Origin: Abditibacteriaceae bacterium
GTDB taxonomy: Bacteria > Armatimonadota > Abditibacteriia > Abditibacteriales > Abditibacteriaceae
Reading direction: 5' to 3'
Length of the DNA stretch: 33,123 nucleotides
NCBI GenBank assembly: GCA_031372065.1
Contig: JANMKN010000027.1
Span: 1 to 33,123 of the forward strand
Position 1 is the stretch's first letter. Every line of letters starts with the position of its first letter. The translations under genes were made by a program, and so were the position numbers. Below are positions 15,562 through 24,408 of the stretch, piece by piece. The notes under the pieces were generated by a model, which was not told the origin of the DNA, did no database searches, and saw only the letters and a list, made by a program, of their open reading frames with translations.

Positions 15562-16230
15562 ATGTTGAATCCAACAACCGCTCCGTATCAACAGAACGGC
15601 GCGCCCAGCTTCATTGCTGACTTACTCACGCGCGAACACGTTTTGGCAGGCGGCGCGAAAATCAACGCTGCCGCATTCAATTCCGCCGATGCGGTGGTAG
15701 TCGTAGTCGGGGCCGCTGGTGCGGCTGCCAACGCATCCACAGTGCCGGTGGATGCCCTTCCTGCCGCTTTGCCCGATGGCGCCGTCTTGCGCTTTGGCGC
15801 GGCCAACTCCAAGAAATTCGCGGTGCTCAATGGCGCCGTCCTTGCCGGGGCTGCTTCGCTGACCACGCAGCCGATTCCAACCGCCCTGGTGGACAACGAT
15901 ACGGCCTATTACGATGCGCCGGGCGCGGCCAAGCGCATCGTAGCGGGCACGCTCGTCGGCTGCACCTTCGCCGAACTTGAAGCAGCGCCAGTTGTCACGA
16001 GTGGCGTGCCCGCTGGTCTTTTATGGGGGCCAGCCGCCGATGCCGATGACATCGTGTATTTCAGCGTTTACGACATCGAAGACGCGCAAGTTAAAAACGA
16101 TGTTGATCTGCTGCGCCACGGCACGGCGATTTTTGTCAATCACATTCCCAATTGGGCGACTTTGTCGGCCACGCTCAAAGGCAAAGTGCGCGCTGCCTAC
16201 GAAGTCGCTGTGGGTGCTACCGAAGTGTAA
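15562..16230 (+). CDS. Head decoration / capsid cement-like protein
   Basis: GAGGTG RBS; Ala/Gly/Val-rich with KRIVAGTLVG motif; between scaffold and major capsid. Confidence 0.62.
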   Translation: MLNPTTAPYQQNGAPSFIADLLTREHVLAGGAKINAAAFNSADAVVVVVGAAGAAANASTVPVDALPAALPDGAVLRFGAANSKKFAVLNGAVLAGAASLTTQPIPTALVDNDTAYYDAPGAAKRIVAGTLVGCTFAELEAAPVVTSGVPAGLLWGPAADADDIVYFSVYDIEDAQVKNDVDLLRHGTAIFVNHIPNWATLSATLKGKVRAAYEVAVGATEV

Positions 16231-16291
16231 GAGGCATGGGAAGCACTGAAAAATGCTTTGCCTCATTTTGATTTTTAAGGAGAACTAAACC

Positions 16292-17431
16292 ATGCCTCCC
16301 CGCGATTTAGCTTCGCTATTAGATTATTTAATTCGCAATCGTGTGATTGCTTCGATGGCCGGGAACCTGCTGGCCCAGTGGGGGCCGCCCGGACGCCGTT
16401 TGCTCGGCCCGACTTTCATGCCCCCGCGCCGCATGCCCGATGGTGAAAACATCGGCGAAATCGAGCGCGTCAACTACTACACCGTGGCCGCCAAAGACAA
16501 ATCGCGCCACTCGCCCGCACCTAAAGTGGACGGCGGGCAAATGTTCGGCACGGTGAGTTACAAGCTGGGCGATTCGGGCCTTATCCGCGAAATGACCGCC
16601 CGCGACTATGACTCCCTGATGCGCTACTTGCGCCAGAACGCTGGTATGAGCGCCATCGGTGTCGCCGAAGGCTTTGCCGACACGGCGGTCTTGCAGGCGC
16701 TTGTCGAGCGCGATGAATACAAGACGTGGGAACGCTTGACCAGCGGCGGCTACGGGCGCTTTGGCGATAACGGCTACGTTGAACTGGTGAGTGGCCCCGC
16801 TCTGGCCGGCCAATTCCTCGAAGTAACCGATGATTGGACTGACCCGGCCATCAATCCGTGGCCGACCATCTTCGCCCGCCTTAAGCGTCTCACCGATGCC
16901 GGTTACGAAAAAAGCGGCATCCGCATCGTCTTCACCGATCAGGTGCGCACGATACTGAAAAACAACCCGTTCACCGCGCTCAAAGCCGGGAAAAATGTCC
17001 TTGTCACCGATGGCAGCGGCGTTATTTCCATGACCACCATTGGCGACTTGGTGGACGATGCTGAACTGAATGCCATTTTCCGCGCCAATGGCCTGCAAGA
17101 GCCGGTTTCCTATGACCTGCGCGGCTTCACACCCGGCCATGTGCAAAAGCGCTTTTACCCCGAAGGCAATATGTCGTTTATTGCTTCGACGGGCGTCAGC
17201 GAAGAAGTGCGTTGGAATGAGGATAGCCCCTCCGACATTACCGTTGTGACCGACGTGGTGGGCTTCTTAGGGGTCGGCACACCCAACGGCCAGCAGACCG
17301 CCGGACGGCGCATCTGGATGCGCTCTTTCACCGAGCAAACCGACGCCCGGCTTGAAGGCGAAGGCGTCCAAACCAATGACCCGGTGATGATGATTCCCGA
17401 AGCTGTTTGCGGCTTGTATGGCATTGTTTAA
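16292..17431 (+). CDS. Major capsid protein
   Basis: 379 aa, strong AAGGAG RBS, C-ending codon bias, position in the head module. Confidence 0.82.
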   Translation: MPPRDLASLLDYLIRNRVIASMAGNLLAQWGPPGRRLLGPTFMPPRRMPDGENIGEIERVNYYTVAAKDKSRHSPAPKVDGGQMFGTVSYKLGDSGLIREMTARDYDSLMRYLRQNAGMSAIGVAEGFADTAVLQALVERDEYKTWERLTSGGYGRFGDNGYVELVSGPALAGQFLEVTDDWTDPAINPWPTIFARLKRLTDAGYEKSGIRIVFTDQVRTILKNNPFTALKAGKNVLVTDGSGVISMTTIGDLVDDAELNAIFRANGLQEPVSYDLRGFTPGHVQKRFYPEGNMSFIASTGVSEEVRWNEDSPSDITVVTDVVGFLGVGTPNGQQTAGRRIWMRSFTEQTDARLEGEGVQTNDPVMMIPEAVCGLYGIV

Positions 17432-17479
17432 AACGCGCTGGCGACAATTCTCGTCAGCGCGAATTGTCGAGGAGAACTT

Positions 17480-17917
17480 ATGAAAGTAACCGTGTTAAAA
17501 GGCTTCGCCAGCGGTGGACGTGAATATCTGCCCGGCGAGGCCGATGTGCCGAATAAGGACATTGAGCGTCTGGCACAGCGTGGCGTTATCGCCTTGCCGG
17601 ACGGCTTCACGCCAGAGAACAGCGAATCGAACGGGCAGAGCGATGGTGCCGATGCAGGCGGCGGTGACCAGAGCGGTGACCAAAGCGGTGACCAAAGCGG
17701 CGCTGTTGCTGATTTTCAAGCGCAATTGCAACATCAGGCGCGCACCTTCGACGCGGCGTGGGCCGAGGCGCAGCAAGAGATTGACGGCTTGAAAGCCCAG
17801 CGCGAAGAGGCCCTTGCGCATCGGGAACAGGCTGTTACCGAAAATGACAAGCTGAAAGCCGAATTGGACGCGTTGAAAGCCGAAAAAGCGGACGCAAAAG
17901 GCAAGGCTAAAAGCTAA
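17480..17917 (+). CDS. Capsid-associated / packaging accessory protein with C-terminal coiled coil
   Basis: AGGAG RBS; GREYLPGE...IERLAQRGVI N-terminal module typical of the small gene after MCP; GDQS x3 linker. Confidence 0.62.
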   Translation: MKVTVLKGFASGGREYLPGEADVPNKDIERLAQRGVIALPDGFTPENSESNGQSDGADAGGGDQSGDQSGDQSGAVADFQAQLQHQARTFDAAWAEAQQEIDGLKAQREEALAHREQAVTENDKLKAELDALKAEKADAKGKAKS

Positions 17918-17939
17918 GGGCTAAAAGCTAACTTAAATC

Positions 17940-18470
17940 ATGGCTCGTATTGAACCGCCCAGTGCCCGTGAAATCGCCGCCGAGTTAAATCTCTCGGCGG
18001 CGACATTGGGCAAAACCGACGATTCCGAAGTCCTAAAAAGCATCAATCAGGCCCTTCCAAATGTGGTCAGGCGAGTCAACGAGGCAATTGATCAGGCGTC
18101 GGCGCCGTATGATTTTCCGTTCACAGAGGAGATGCTGCGCGAAGCGTTTCCCACCAAAAGCGATACGGAGATCGCCGAAAAACTGGACGGTCAAAACGCC
18201 TCGGTGCAGGAGTGGATGAAGTTCGATGTGGTCATGCAGTTTTTGGGACGTCTGACTGGCCGCTCTGCGCCCGGTTCAGTCAATCCCTACAAAGACCGCT
18301 ATCAGTTCGCCAAAGAATTGCGCGACGAGAACCGTGATTTAACCTTGAATTTGATCGCCTATGTCGTCAGCCAATCGCCCGATGGTCAAGCCTCTGCCGA
18401 AGAAGAAGTTGCTACTGCAACAGACAAAATACCGGTTTCCATGTCCGTTCGCGTGCGGCGCACTTGGTAG
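17940..18470 (+). CDS. Putative head-tail adaptor
   Basis: Helical 176-aa protein in the adaptor position (synteny only). Confidence 0.5.
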   Translation: MARIEPPSAREIAAELNLSAATLGKTDDSEVLKSINQALPNVVRRVNEAIDQASAPYDFPFTEEMLREAFPTKSDTEIAEKLDGQNASVQEWMKFDVVMQFLGRLTGRSAPGSVNPYKDRYQFAKELRDENRDLTLNLIAYVVSQSPDGQASAEEEVATATDKIPVSMSVRVRRTW

Positions 18471-18500
18471 AAGTTCCTTGGTAGAGGTTCCTTGGTAGAA
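18463..18500 (+). repeat. 14-bp tandem repeat CTTGGTAGARGTTC x~3
   Basis: CTTGGTAG at 18463, 18477, 18491; first copy contains the upstream stop codon. Confidence 0.9.
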
Positions 18501-18530
18501 AGACTTGATCGCCAAAACAGGAGACATTAA

Positions 18531-19307
18531 ATGTCATTTACACAAGCCCGCTCACTTGCCATAGCCGATGGCATTGCAGCGACTTACAACATTATCAACA
18601 CGGCTTTAGTGGCCTCAGCGGCGCGCATTGCCACTTTGCGCGGCGTTGTGGACGCTTACAACGAAGCTAAGACCTTTCAAGGCACCATTGACGGCTCCAT
18701 TGATGCGGAGGCCAAGAATGTGATTGGTGACCGGGCCAGCCTGCTCTTAGCCGATTTGCTTAATGGCTACGATGATGACTGCGCCAAATATGGCGAGGAA
18801 AGCTCTATCGCCAGCATCAAGGACGCGAAAAGTTTTGCGCAGTATTTTCAATATGGTGTTGGTGGCCCGTGGGGTCATTTTTGGGCACCAGATTTCGCGT
18901 TGGCGTTCCAAGATGTGTTTGGCGCCTATCCCGGCGCGAAATTGGTTTACTCGCCGGCTGTTGCCGATATGGGCCATAAAGCGTCTGGCGGTGCTTTTGT
19001 TGCTGGCACCGATGTGGATACTTCGCTTTACGCTGGCGCGGCTATTCCGAAGCTGTTGGCTGCTGGCCTCACCGGCACCGGCATGGCGACGGTGGTAGGC
19101 AATGGCTACAGCAGCGACGGCTTGCCTCAGCAAGGTCGCTCGTGGAGTGTCAATGTGACGGGCAACGGCACTTTTACCCTCGTTCCGGGCGTGGCCGGCG
19201 ACATCCTCACCAAGGTCACAGCGATCAATGTTCCCGCTGGCATTACCGCAGGCACTTTGACGGTGCAGGCTGATATTCCAGCGGGCCGATCAAACCCGCC
19301 TTCGTAA
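18531..19307 (+). CDS. Hypothetical virion structural protein
   Basis: AGGAG RBS; helical N-half, Gly/Thr/Val beta-rich C-half. Confidence 0.65.
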   Translation: MSFTQARSLAIADGIAATYNIINTALVASAARIATLRGVVDAYNEAKTFQGTIDGSIDAEAKNVIGDRASLLLADLLNGYDDDCAKYGEESSIASIKDAKSFAQYFQYGVGGPWGHFWAPDFALAFQDVFGAYPGAKLVYSPAVADMGHKASGGAFVAGTDVDTSLYAGAAIPKLLAAGLTGTGMATVVGNGYSSDGLPQQGRSWSVNVTGNGTFTLVPGVAGDILTKVTAINVPAGITAGTLTVQADIPAGRSNPPS

Positions 19308-19366
19308 TCACAATAGCGCAGCGTTCCAACAGCGTTCTTTCTTCATCCTCTTCTTCACTGACAATC

Positions 19367-19756
19367 ATGGCTCGTCCCATCGCTACTAAATACCAGCGTC
19401 GCATCGCATCGCTTAAGCGCGAGACGCATCGGCTGCGCGGCGACGTTGGTCATGTTTTACACGAGGAAATGATTAATGCTGTTGACGAGCAAAAATACGA
19501 TCGCACTCCACTACCCGTAACAGGGAATTTGCGTCGGTCTGTTAGATTGTTCATGCAAGGAAATAATCAAGCGGCCATAGGCTTTGATGGCAGCGTTGCA
19601 CCTTACGCCGCTATCGTCGTGAATATGCACGGCATCTCGAAAACTGGCGGTCATTTGCTGGATATGCGTTTAGGTGATGCGTTGCGTAAAAAAGCTGATC
19701 CCCGAATTCGCCGACTCGCAAAGATGGCCCAGCGCCGCGTGCTGGAGGCTAAATAA
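19367..19756 (+). CDS. HK97 gp10-like head-tail joining / tail completion protein
   Basis: PVTGNLRRSV and APYA motifs; basic; position. Confidence 0.65.
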   Translation: MARPIATKYQRRIASLKRETHRLRGDVGHVLHEEMINAVDEQKYDRTPLPVTGNLRRSVRLFMQGNNQAAIGFDGSVAPYAAIVVNMHGISKTGGHLLDMRLGDALRKKADPRIRRLAKMAQRRVLEAK

Positions 19757-19759
19757 ACA

Positions 19760-20293
19760 ATGCCGTGGTCGAAAGCTGATAATGCACAAAACAATCTGGA
19801 AACAGGGCTAAAAAGGCTGCTTTCGGAAGAAACGGAACGTCCTGAAACCCGTAGGCTGATTGCGCGCTATTTACCGCCTGGTGTTGAAAGTTTCAAGTGG
19901 ATTGTTGAAGGAGAAGATGAACCTCCCTCTCCTTATGGCCTGCTTAAAAAAGCTTCTCAGTCTCGCTTTAATCAAGGCCAGTTAGTCACCCGGCGTGATG
20001 GAGAAACCGGTCTGCGTTTTCGGGAACAATGGTGGAGAATTTCCATTGAACTGCACAACGACGGCGATGTTCTAACGGAACGCCAAGCCGATTATCCGCC
20101 CTTGGGGGCGATATTGAATCAAATGTTAGATGATTTGTTTATGACAATGGAAGGCCGTGCTGCGTTGGCCGAAATTGGCGTTTACAACATCAAATTAACA
20201 GACGAGGGAGACAAAGATGCCGGAGGTCTTTTCTCCTTCGACTGTTCAACCGACCGATTTATTGAGGAAGCGGAATTGTTACTGATTCAGTGA
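19760..20293 (+). CDS. Putative tail terminator
   Basis: Acidic 177-aa protein between gp10-like and tail tube-like genes (synteny only). Confidence 0.45.
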   Translation: MPWSKADNAQNNLETGLKRLLSEETERPETRRLIARYLPPGVESFKWIVEGEDEPPSPYGLLKKASQSRFNQGQLVTRRDGETGLRFREQWWRISIELHNDGDVLTERQADYPPLGAILNQMLDDLFMTMEGRAALAEIGVYNIKLTDEGDKDAGGLFSFDCSTDRFIEEAELLLIQ

Positions 20294-20309
20294 CAAAGAG
20301 AGGAACATC

Positions 20310-20723
20310 ATGCCACAATATCAATCCGGCGTCGAAATCGAAGGCGCCTATTCGTTTGAAATCACCCCGCGCGGCTCCAATGCGCCGGTAAAAATTGTGT
20401 TTCAAAAACACAGCTACAAAGCGGGCAAGCGCGACAGTAAAGAGTTTTCCGTGGGTGCCAATAAACTCAAACAGCCGATGCAGCGCGGCGCTGGATCGCA
20501 TGAATTGGAAGGCATGATTTTATCTGCCAATGCCGCAGCGTATCGGGACTTGTTCGACACCGTGAACATCATTGATGATGCCGTGATGCCGGACTGGAAC
20601 GCGGCGCGCGGTCCGCATTTCGTTGAAGATTATTCGATTGAAGATGGCATTGAAGATATGAGTTCGCTCAAAATTACCATCTCCGAAAGCAATGGCGCGA
20701 TTGCGGTATCCTCGAATGACTAA
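20310..20723 (+). CDS. Putative tail tube protein
   Basis: GAGGA RBS; beta-strand pattern; position before chaperone and tape measure. Confidence 0.5.
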   Translation: MPQYQSGVEIEGAYSFEITPRGSNAPVKIVFQKHSYKAGKRDSKEFSVGANKLKQPMQRGAGSHELEGMILSANAAAYRDLFDTVNIIDDAVMPDWNAARGPHFVEDYSIEDGIEDMSSLKITISESNGAIAVSSND

Positions 20724-21525
20724 CGAAACCAACGAAAAAGCGGCGGCACGGCGTCAGTTGCGTGGTGCTGGATTAATGCAAAGCCACACGCCGCCTGCTT
20801 CACAGCCTTTTAATTTGCCGCCTGATGCCATTGGCGTTTCTTCCGTTGATGAAATCTTAGAACGTGCCCGCGCGATGCGCCGTGTTTATGAAGGCACTGC
20901 TGATGAAACAACGCTGAAAAGGGCGCGCGGCGAGTTTTGGGATCATCCAATCTGGGGCCGCTTGTTCATTGGCCCGATGGCGGCGATTGGCTACGCGGAA
21001 ATTGAGCGTGCCGTTGGCATCCGCGCTAAAGAAATTGCGGATTTGGTTTATTTGCAACGTGGCATTCTCGCCCCACAGTTTGAAGCTGCGCAAGTAAAAG
21101 AACTCTACGAAGCGGGTGACGGCCCCGCGACTCAAGAATTGATTGCAGCCATCAAACGCTGGAATCCAACCTTTGAGGAAAAAACTTCGTGGGTCGAGGC
21201 GTGTGTCGGCTCAGATCGTTTACTGCTGATGTTTCTGACTTGTGCAATTAATTGCAACTTGTGGCCCGAACTCACTTTACTCTTGGAGGAAGAAGCGGAA
21301 GGGGCGCTGAGTGAGGAAAATCGGGCGCGGCGCTTAATGTTTCAATCGCTGCTACGCTATTTGCCTTATTATGGTGTTGTGATGGATATTCAGCGTTTAT
21401 CTGACGAATTAAACATTCCCATCACAATGGCGGGCGCGCGGGCGGCATTAGAAGCTCAGGAGAAATTGACTGAAGCGGAGATCAAAAACGATATCCTTCC
21501 GACGCCTGAGATTCCACCAATTTAG
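20716..21525 (+). CDS. Putative tail assembly chaperone
   Basis: ATG 20716 overlaps the tube gene stop; position between tube and tape measure genes. Confidence 0.45.
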   Translation: MTNETNEKAAARRQLRGAGLMQSHTPPASQPFNLPPDAIGVSSVDEILERARAMRRVYEGTADETTLKRARGEFWDHPIWGRLFIGPMAAIGYAEIERAVGIRAKEIADLVYLQRGILAPQFEAAQVKELYEAGDGPATQELIAAIKRWNPTFEEKTSWVEACVGSDRLLLMFLTCAINCNLWPELTLLLEEEAEGALSEENRARRLMFQSLLRYLPYYGVVMDIQRLSDELNIPITMAGARAALEAQEKLTEAEIKNDILPTPEIPPI

Positions 21526-21533
21526 TGAGTAGG

Positions 21534-21860
21534 TCATCCGCTAAATTCGCCCCAAACCTTGTTGCGACCATTTGGGCCATCTTCATAAACAGTGACGACG
21601 TTGCCGTTCTTTATGTAAAAAAGAAGGTTTTTGCCTGAATCGAAGTCAACTTTTTGTCGTGGCCCTTGTGCCCAATCATCAATGGTTTGCGTCCCGGTTG
21701 GTTTGCCAAATTCAGGATGCTGGCCGAGAAAAGTCGAAATTTCAGGCCGCAGGTCGGAATGCGGTGAGCCGGAGCCACAACCCATCAAAGAAGAAAGCAG
21801 CAAGCAGGCCAAAACTGGGAGGGTAGCAAGGCGGCAAGTTTTGTTTTTTAGGTTGAGCAT
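21534..21860 (-). CDS. Lipoprotein (moron; superinfection-exclusion candidate)
   Basis: Basic N-region, hydrophobic core, lipobox-like LMG-C followed by GSGS; antisense to the tail operon. Confidence 0.72.
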   Translation of the reverse strand: MLNLKNKTCRLATLPVLACLLLSSLMGCGSGSPHSDLRPEISTFLGQHPEFGKPTGTQTIDDWAQGPRQKVDFDSGKNLLFYIKNGNVVTVYEDGPNGRNKVWGEFSG

Positions 21861-21872
21861 GATGTGACAAGG

Positions 21873-21959
21873 TTAAAGGCGATCCGCAATCTTTTTGCAG
21901 ACAATAACAAAAAGCGCAAGACCCGCGATTCCAATAATGATTCCCAAAAATGTATTCAT
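21873..21959 (-). CDS. 28-aa single-TM peptide MNTFLGIIIGIAGLALFVIVCKKIADRL
   Basis: Hand-translated; TGAGG RBS at 21971-21975 and TATAAT upstream; not in the ORF track (<60 aa). Confidence 0.6.
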   Translation of the reverse strand: MNTFLGIIIGIAGLALFVIVCKKIADRL

Positions 21960-21982
21960 TTTTTGTTTGACCTCAAAATAGG

Positions 21983-22011
21983 ATTATAACCACAACCCAA
22001 GAAGATATAAA
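21983..22011 (-). promoter_or_regulatory. Sigma70-like promoter for the peptide and lipoprotein moron
   Basis: TTTATA-N17-TATAAT on the - strand (perfect -10 at 21983-21988). Confidence 0.5.
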
Positions 22012-22494
22012 ATGGCAGTTGATTACATTGACACAATTTGGCGAACATTTGGGAGCGATCAGACTCTCCGCACGATGGCCCAGATGGGCAATGGTGCCGA
22101 CACGGTAGAGAATCGCCTCTCGAAGGTTCATAGTGTTGTTGGCAATGCTTTTACTGGTGCTGGCGCTGCGGGTGCGGCCCTTTTTGCATCCTCACTTAAA
22201 AAGGGCATGGATGCCATCGAAACCGATAACCTTGTTAATGTTACTTTTGGCGATGACTCCATGCCTGACATCACGAAATGGAGCAAGGATTTACGTAAAG
22301 ATTTGAGCCTGAATGAATATTCGCTACGCCGCAATGCGGCCTCTTTCGCCAACCTTTTTCAACAAACAGGTGCCGGTCAGGGCGAAGTCATCGGAATGTC
22401 GAAAAACGTCACTGAGCTATCACGCGATTTGGCGAGCTTTTATAACACATCAAATGATGACGCCGTTCGCGCTTTGCAGGGTGCTCTTGTAGGC
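22012..22494 (+). pseudogene. Truncated tape measure protein gene (first 161 codons)
   Basis: TMP-like motifs (NVTFG, LSRDLASFYNTSNDDAVRALQGALVG); N-terminus homologous to the 25841 TMP; from 22495 the frame is only the antisense of the HNH gene, to a stop at 22710. Confidence 0.8.
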
Positions 22495-23388
22495 TTACGC
22501 TTTACGATAGTCAATTGTCTTTGCATTTTTGCGGCTATTGCAAGGCCCGCAAAGTGGCTGGATATTATTAATTGTATTGTCTCCTCCACGCGAAATCGGC
22601 ACAATATGGTCAACTGTCAAAGGTGCTACTTTTCCGCAGCACAGACAACAATTTTCGTAAAAGCTGCAAAGAGCCTCCCATTCGTCAGAGGTAAAGCTGC
22701 CCTGTGCTAACGCCTCACGTTGTTTCCGAATGAGCTTATAGGTGATGCGCTTTGCCTTGTTCTTTTTCCACCACTCTTTAATTCTTTCAGCGTTCTCAAT
22801 CCGATAATTTTCCCCATATTGGCGCACATGGTCTTGGTTCTTCTCGCGCCACTCAGCAGTGCGGCGTTGCACCTCTTGCTTGTTCCTTGCTCTGGATTGT
22901 TTGCTTACTTCCTTCGCTTTTTCGAGATTCTCTCGCCTCCATTTTTGGGCAACCTCCCTGAAATATTCGGGGTTTTGGGCATATTCTTCGCGGCGCTTTT
23001 CCCTTCGCTCAGGAGCATACTTTTCACGCCATTGTTTTGTTTGCTCAGGCGTATATCGTTTTTGGGCGGCTTTAACCTTTTCGGGATTGCTCTTTCTGTA
23101 TTCGGCGGCGCGCTGGCGATTTGCTTCCTGAAATTCGGCGTTGTTTTTATAATGGCGCGCATAAGTGCCCCGCAAAGATTCCTTGTGTTTCTCAGGGTTA
23201 TTTTTACGCCACTGGCGGGAGCGTTCCTGCAACTTTTCCTTGTTTGCTGTGTAGCGTTCGCGTGCCTCTTTTGCCACACACTCTTTACACCTGCTTCCGT
23301 AGCCCAATGTCATTTTTTTATTAGGACTAAAACAATCGAATGGCTTCCACTGTTTGCACTTGGAGCAAATTTTGCCTTGTTCATTCAT
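22495..23388 (-). CDS. HNH homing-type endonuclease with N-terminal zinc finger and helical repeats
   Basis: CSKC...CKEC; repeated WR/YR-x-x-NPE/NxE helices; CLCCG...TVDHIVPISRGGDNTINNIQPLCGPCNSRK; GGAGG RBS at 23396-23400. Confidence 0.92.
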   Translation of the reverse strand: MNEQGKICSKCKQWKPFDCFSPNKKMTLGYGSRCKECVAKEARERYTANKEKLQERSRQWRKNNPEKHKESLRGTYARHYKNNAEFQEANRQRAAEYRKSNPEKVKAAQKRYTPEQTKQWREKYAPERREKRREEYAQNPEYFREVAQKWRRENLEKAKEVSKQSRARNKQEVQRRTAEWREKNQDHVRQYGENYRIENAERIKEWWKKNKAKRITYKLIRKQREALAQGSFTSDEWEALCSFYENCCLCCGKVAPLTVDHIVPISRGGDNTINNIQPLCGPCNSRKNAKTIDYRKA

Positions 23389-23390
23389 TG

Positions 23391-23485
23391 TCTTACCTCC
23401 AAATTAAAATAATCCGGCGGCGTGCATCCCCACCGCCGGATTATTACTGCCCCTGCCTCTCCTCGCTTCCAAATTTGAGGTAAGA
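23391..23485 (-). promoter_or_regulatory. Structured leader of the HNH gene: RBS-sequestering stem plus terminator-like hairpin
   Basis: 23391-23405 is complementary to 23472-23485 (one bulge) and covers GGAGG; perfect 13-bp hairpin 23408-23420/23433-23445. Confidence 0.6.
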
Positions 23486-23493
23486 GCGGTCTG

Positions 23494-23721
23494 TTATTGT
23501 GCCGCTGTCCAATTAGTCATTTTGTCCAGTGGTGCGGCGGTCTGAATAATCCATTGCACCTTGGGGTCAAAAATGCCGGTGATGCTCGTCTTGTAACCAA
23601 GCGCCGAGAGTGTTTTGCCGAAATGTTCGGCGGCGGCGCGGGTCTGAAAGGCGACTTCCCATTTGGCCCAGTCCGAAACTTTTTGTGAACTGCTTTTTGT
23701 TTTTGTCGTAACATTTTTCAT
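23494..23721 (-). CDS. Hypothetical protein (75 aa)
   Basis: Co-oriented with neighbours and fills the gap; no recognised motif. Confidence 0.55.
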   Translation of the reverse strand: MKNVTTKTKSSSQKVSDWAKWEVAFQTRAAAEHFGKTLSALGYKTSITGIFDPKVQWIIQTAAPLDKMTNWTAAQ

Positions 23722-23756
23722 AAGGTGATTGGCTGCCCTTTACAGCCGATTGCCCA

Positions 23757-23798
23757 GAGGCCAGCGGGTGCTACTAACACCCGCTGGCTTCGTCTTTT
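23757..23798 (+). terminator. 14-bp hairpin with T-rich tail; candidate terminator of + strand read-through
   Basis: GAGGCCAGCGGGTG-CTACTAA-CACCCGCTGGCTTC-GTCTTTT. Confidence 0.5.
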
Positions 23799-24192
23799 AC
23801 CAGAACAATTTCCCCAGTCGCACCGCGTTGGTGCAGAACGCCCATTCTTGACCGGTTAATTCACTACGGCTTTCAAGGCGACGGCCTAAAAACATTCCAA
23901 TGGCGCCACGAGCGCGGTCTTTGTCGGCCATGCTCAAACCATATTCGCGCGCTGTGGCTGCAAACTCACGAATCGTTTTGTAGTGCGGACAGCGGCCTGT
24001 TTTGGGTTGCGCTTTAGCGGCTTCGATGGCCGCTGCTTTGGCGGCAATGGCTTCAAGCGTGGTGCCGGTCTTGTCGGCGTTCTTGACAGCAGCGCGCATG
24101 AACCAGTCGGCGCTACTTTGGTCTTTGGCTTCAGCGGCTTTCTTGGCAAAGCCTAAAGCTGTCTTTTCGGTGTTGGTCAATTCGTTTTGCAT
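23797..24192 (-). CDS. Hypothetical protein (131 aa)
   Basis: GAGAGG RBS; Ala/Lys-rich N-half; C-terminal LGRRLESRSELTGQE helical module. Confidence 0.7.
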   Translation of the reverse strand: MQNELTNTEKTALGFAKKAAEAKDQSSADWFMRAAVKNADKTGTTLEAIAAKAAAIEAAKAQPKTGRCPHYKTIREFAATAREYGLSMADKDRARGAIGMFLGRRLESRSELTGQEWAFCTNAVRLGKLFW

Positions 24193-24210
24193 GATGTTTT
24201 GAACCTCTCT

Positions 24211-24347
24211 AATTACACGGCGTCAACCGTGTGAACTGATATAAATTATACGGTAGATACCGTGTAATTTAATAGGGGTTTTAGTTATCAATTGCTCGCC
24301 GATTACTGTAGAAAATCTTATCAATTACACGGTTAAAACCGTGTAAT
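24211..24347. promoter_or_regulatory. Three palindromic operator-like sites ATTACACGG-N6-CCGTGTAAT in a divergent promoter region
   Basis: Copies at 24211-24236, 24243-24270, 24324-24347 (last one perfect); AT-rich gap between divergent genes. Confidence 0.8.
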
Positions 24348-24408
24348 AATTTAAAACACAAAGATGTAAAAACACATTTGTGTTTTTGTGCTTTTGAAGT
24401 GATGAAAC

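Noticed and set aside
16328..17146. 272-aa minus-strand ORF
   Set aside because: Antisense shadow of the codon-biased major capsid gene
18463..18500. Mini CRISPR array
   Set aside because: Direct tandem 14-mers with no unique spacers and no cas genes
20716..21525. Tail-chaperone programmed frameshift (lambda G/GT type)
   Set aside because: No second overlapping + strand ORF before the TMP and no convincing slippery heptamer near the stop
22720..23412. 230-aa hydrophobic + strand ORF resembling a membrane protein
   Set aside because: Exact antisense of the Lys/Glu/Arg-rich HNH gene, which automatically yields Phe/Leu-rich text
24211..24347. Invertase or dif-like recombination sites
   Set aside because: The three spacers differ, the copies are clustered in one promoter gap, and no recombinase is in the window; kept as operators
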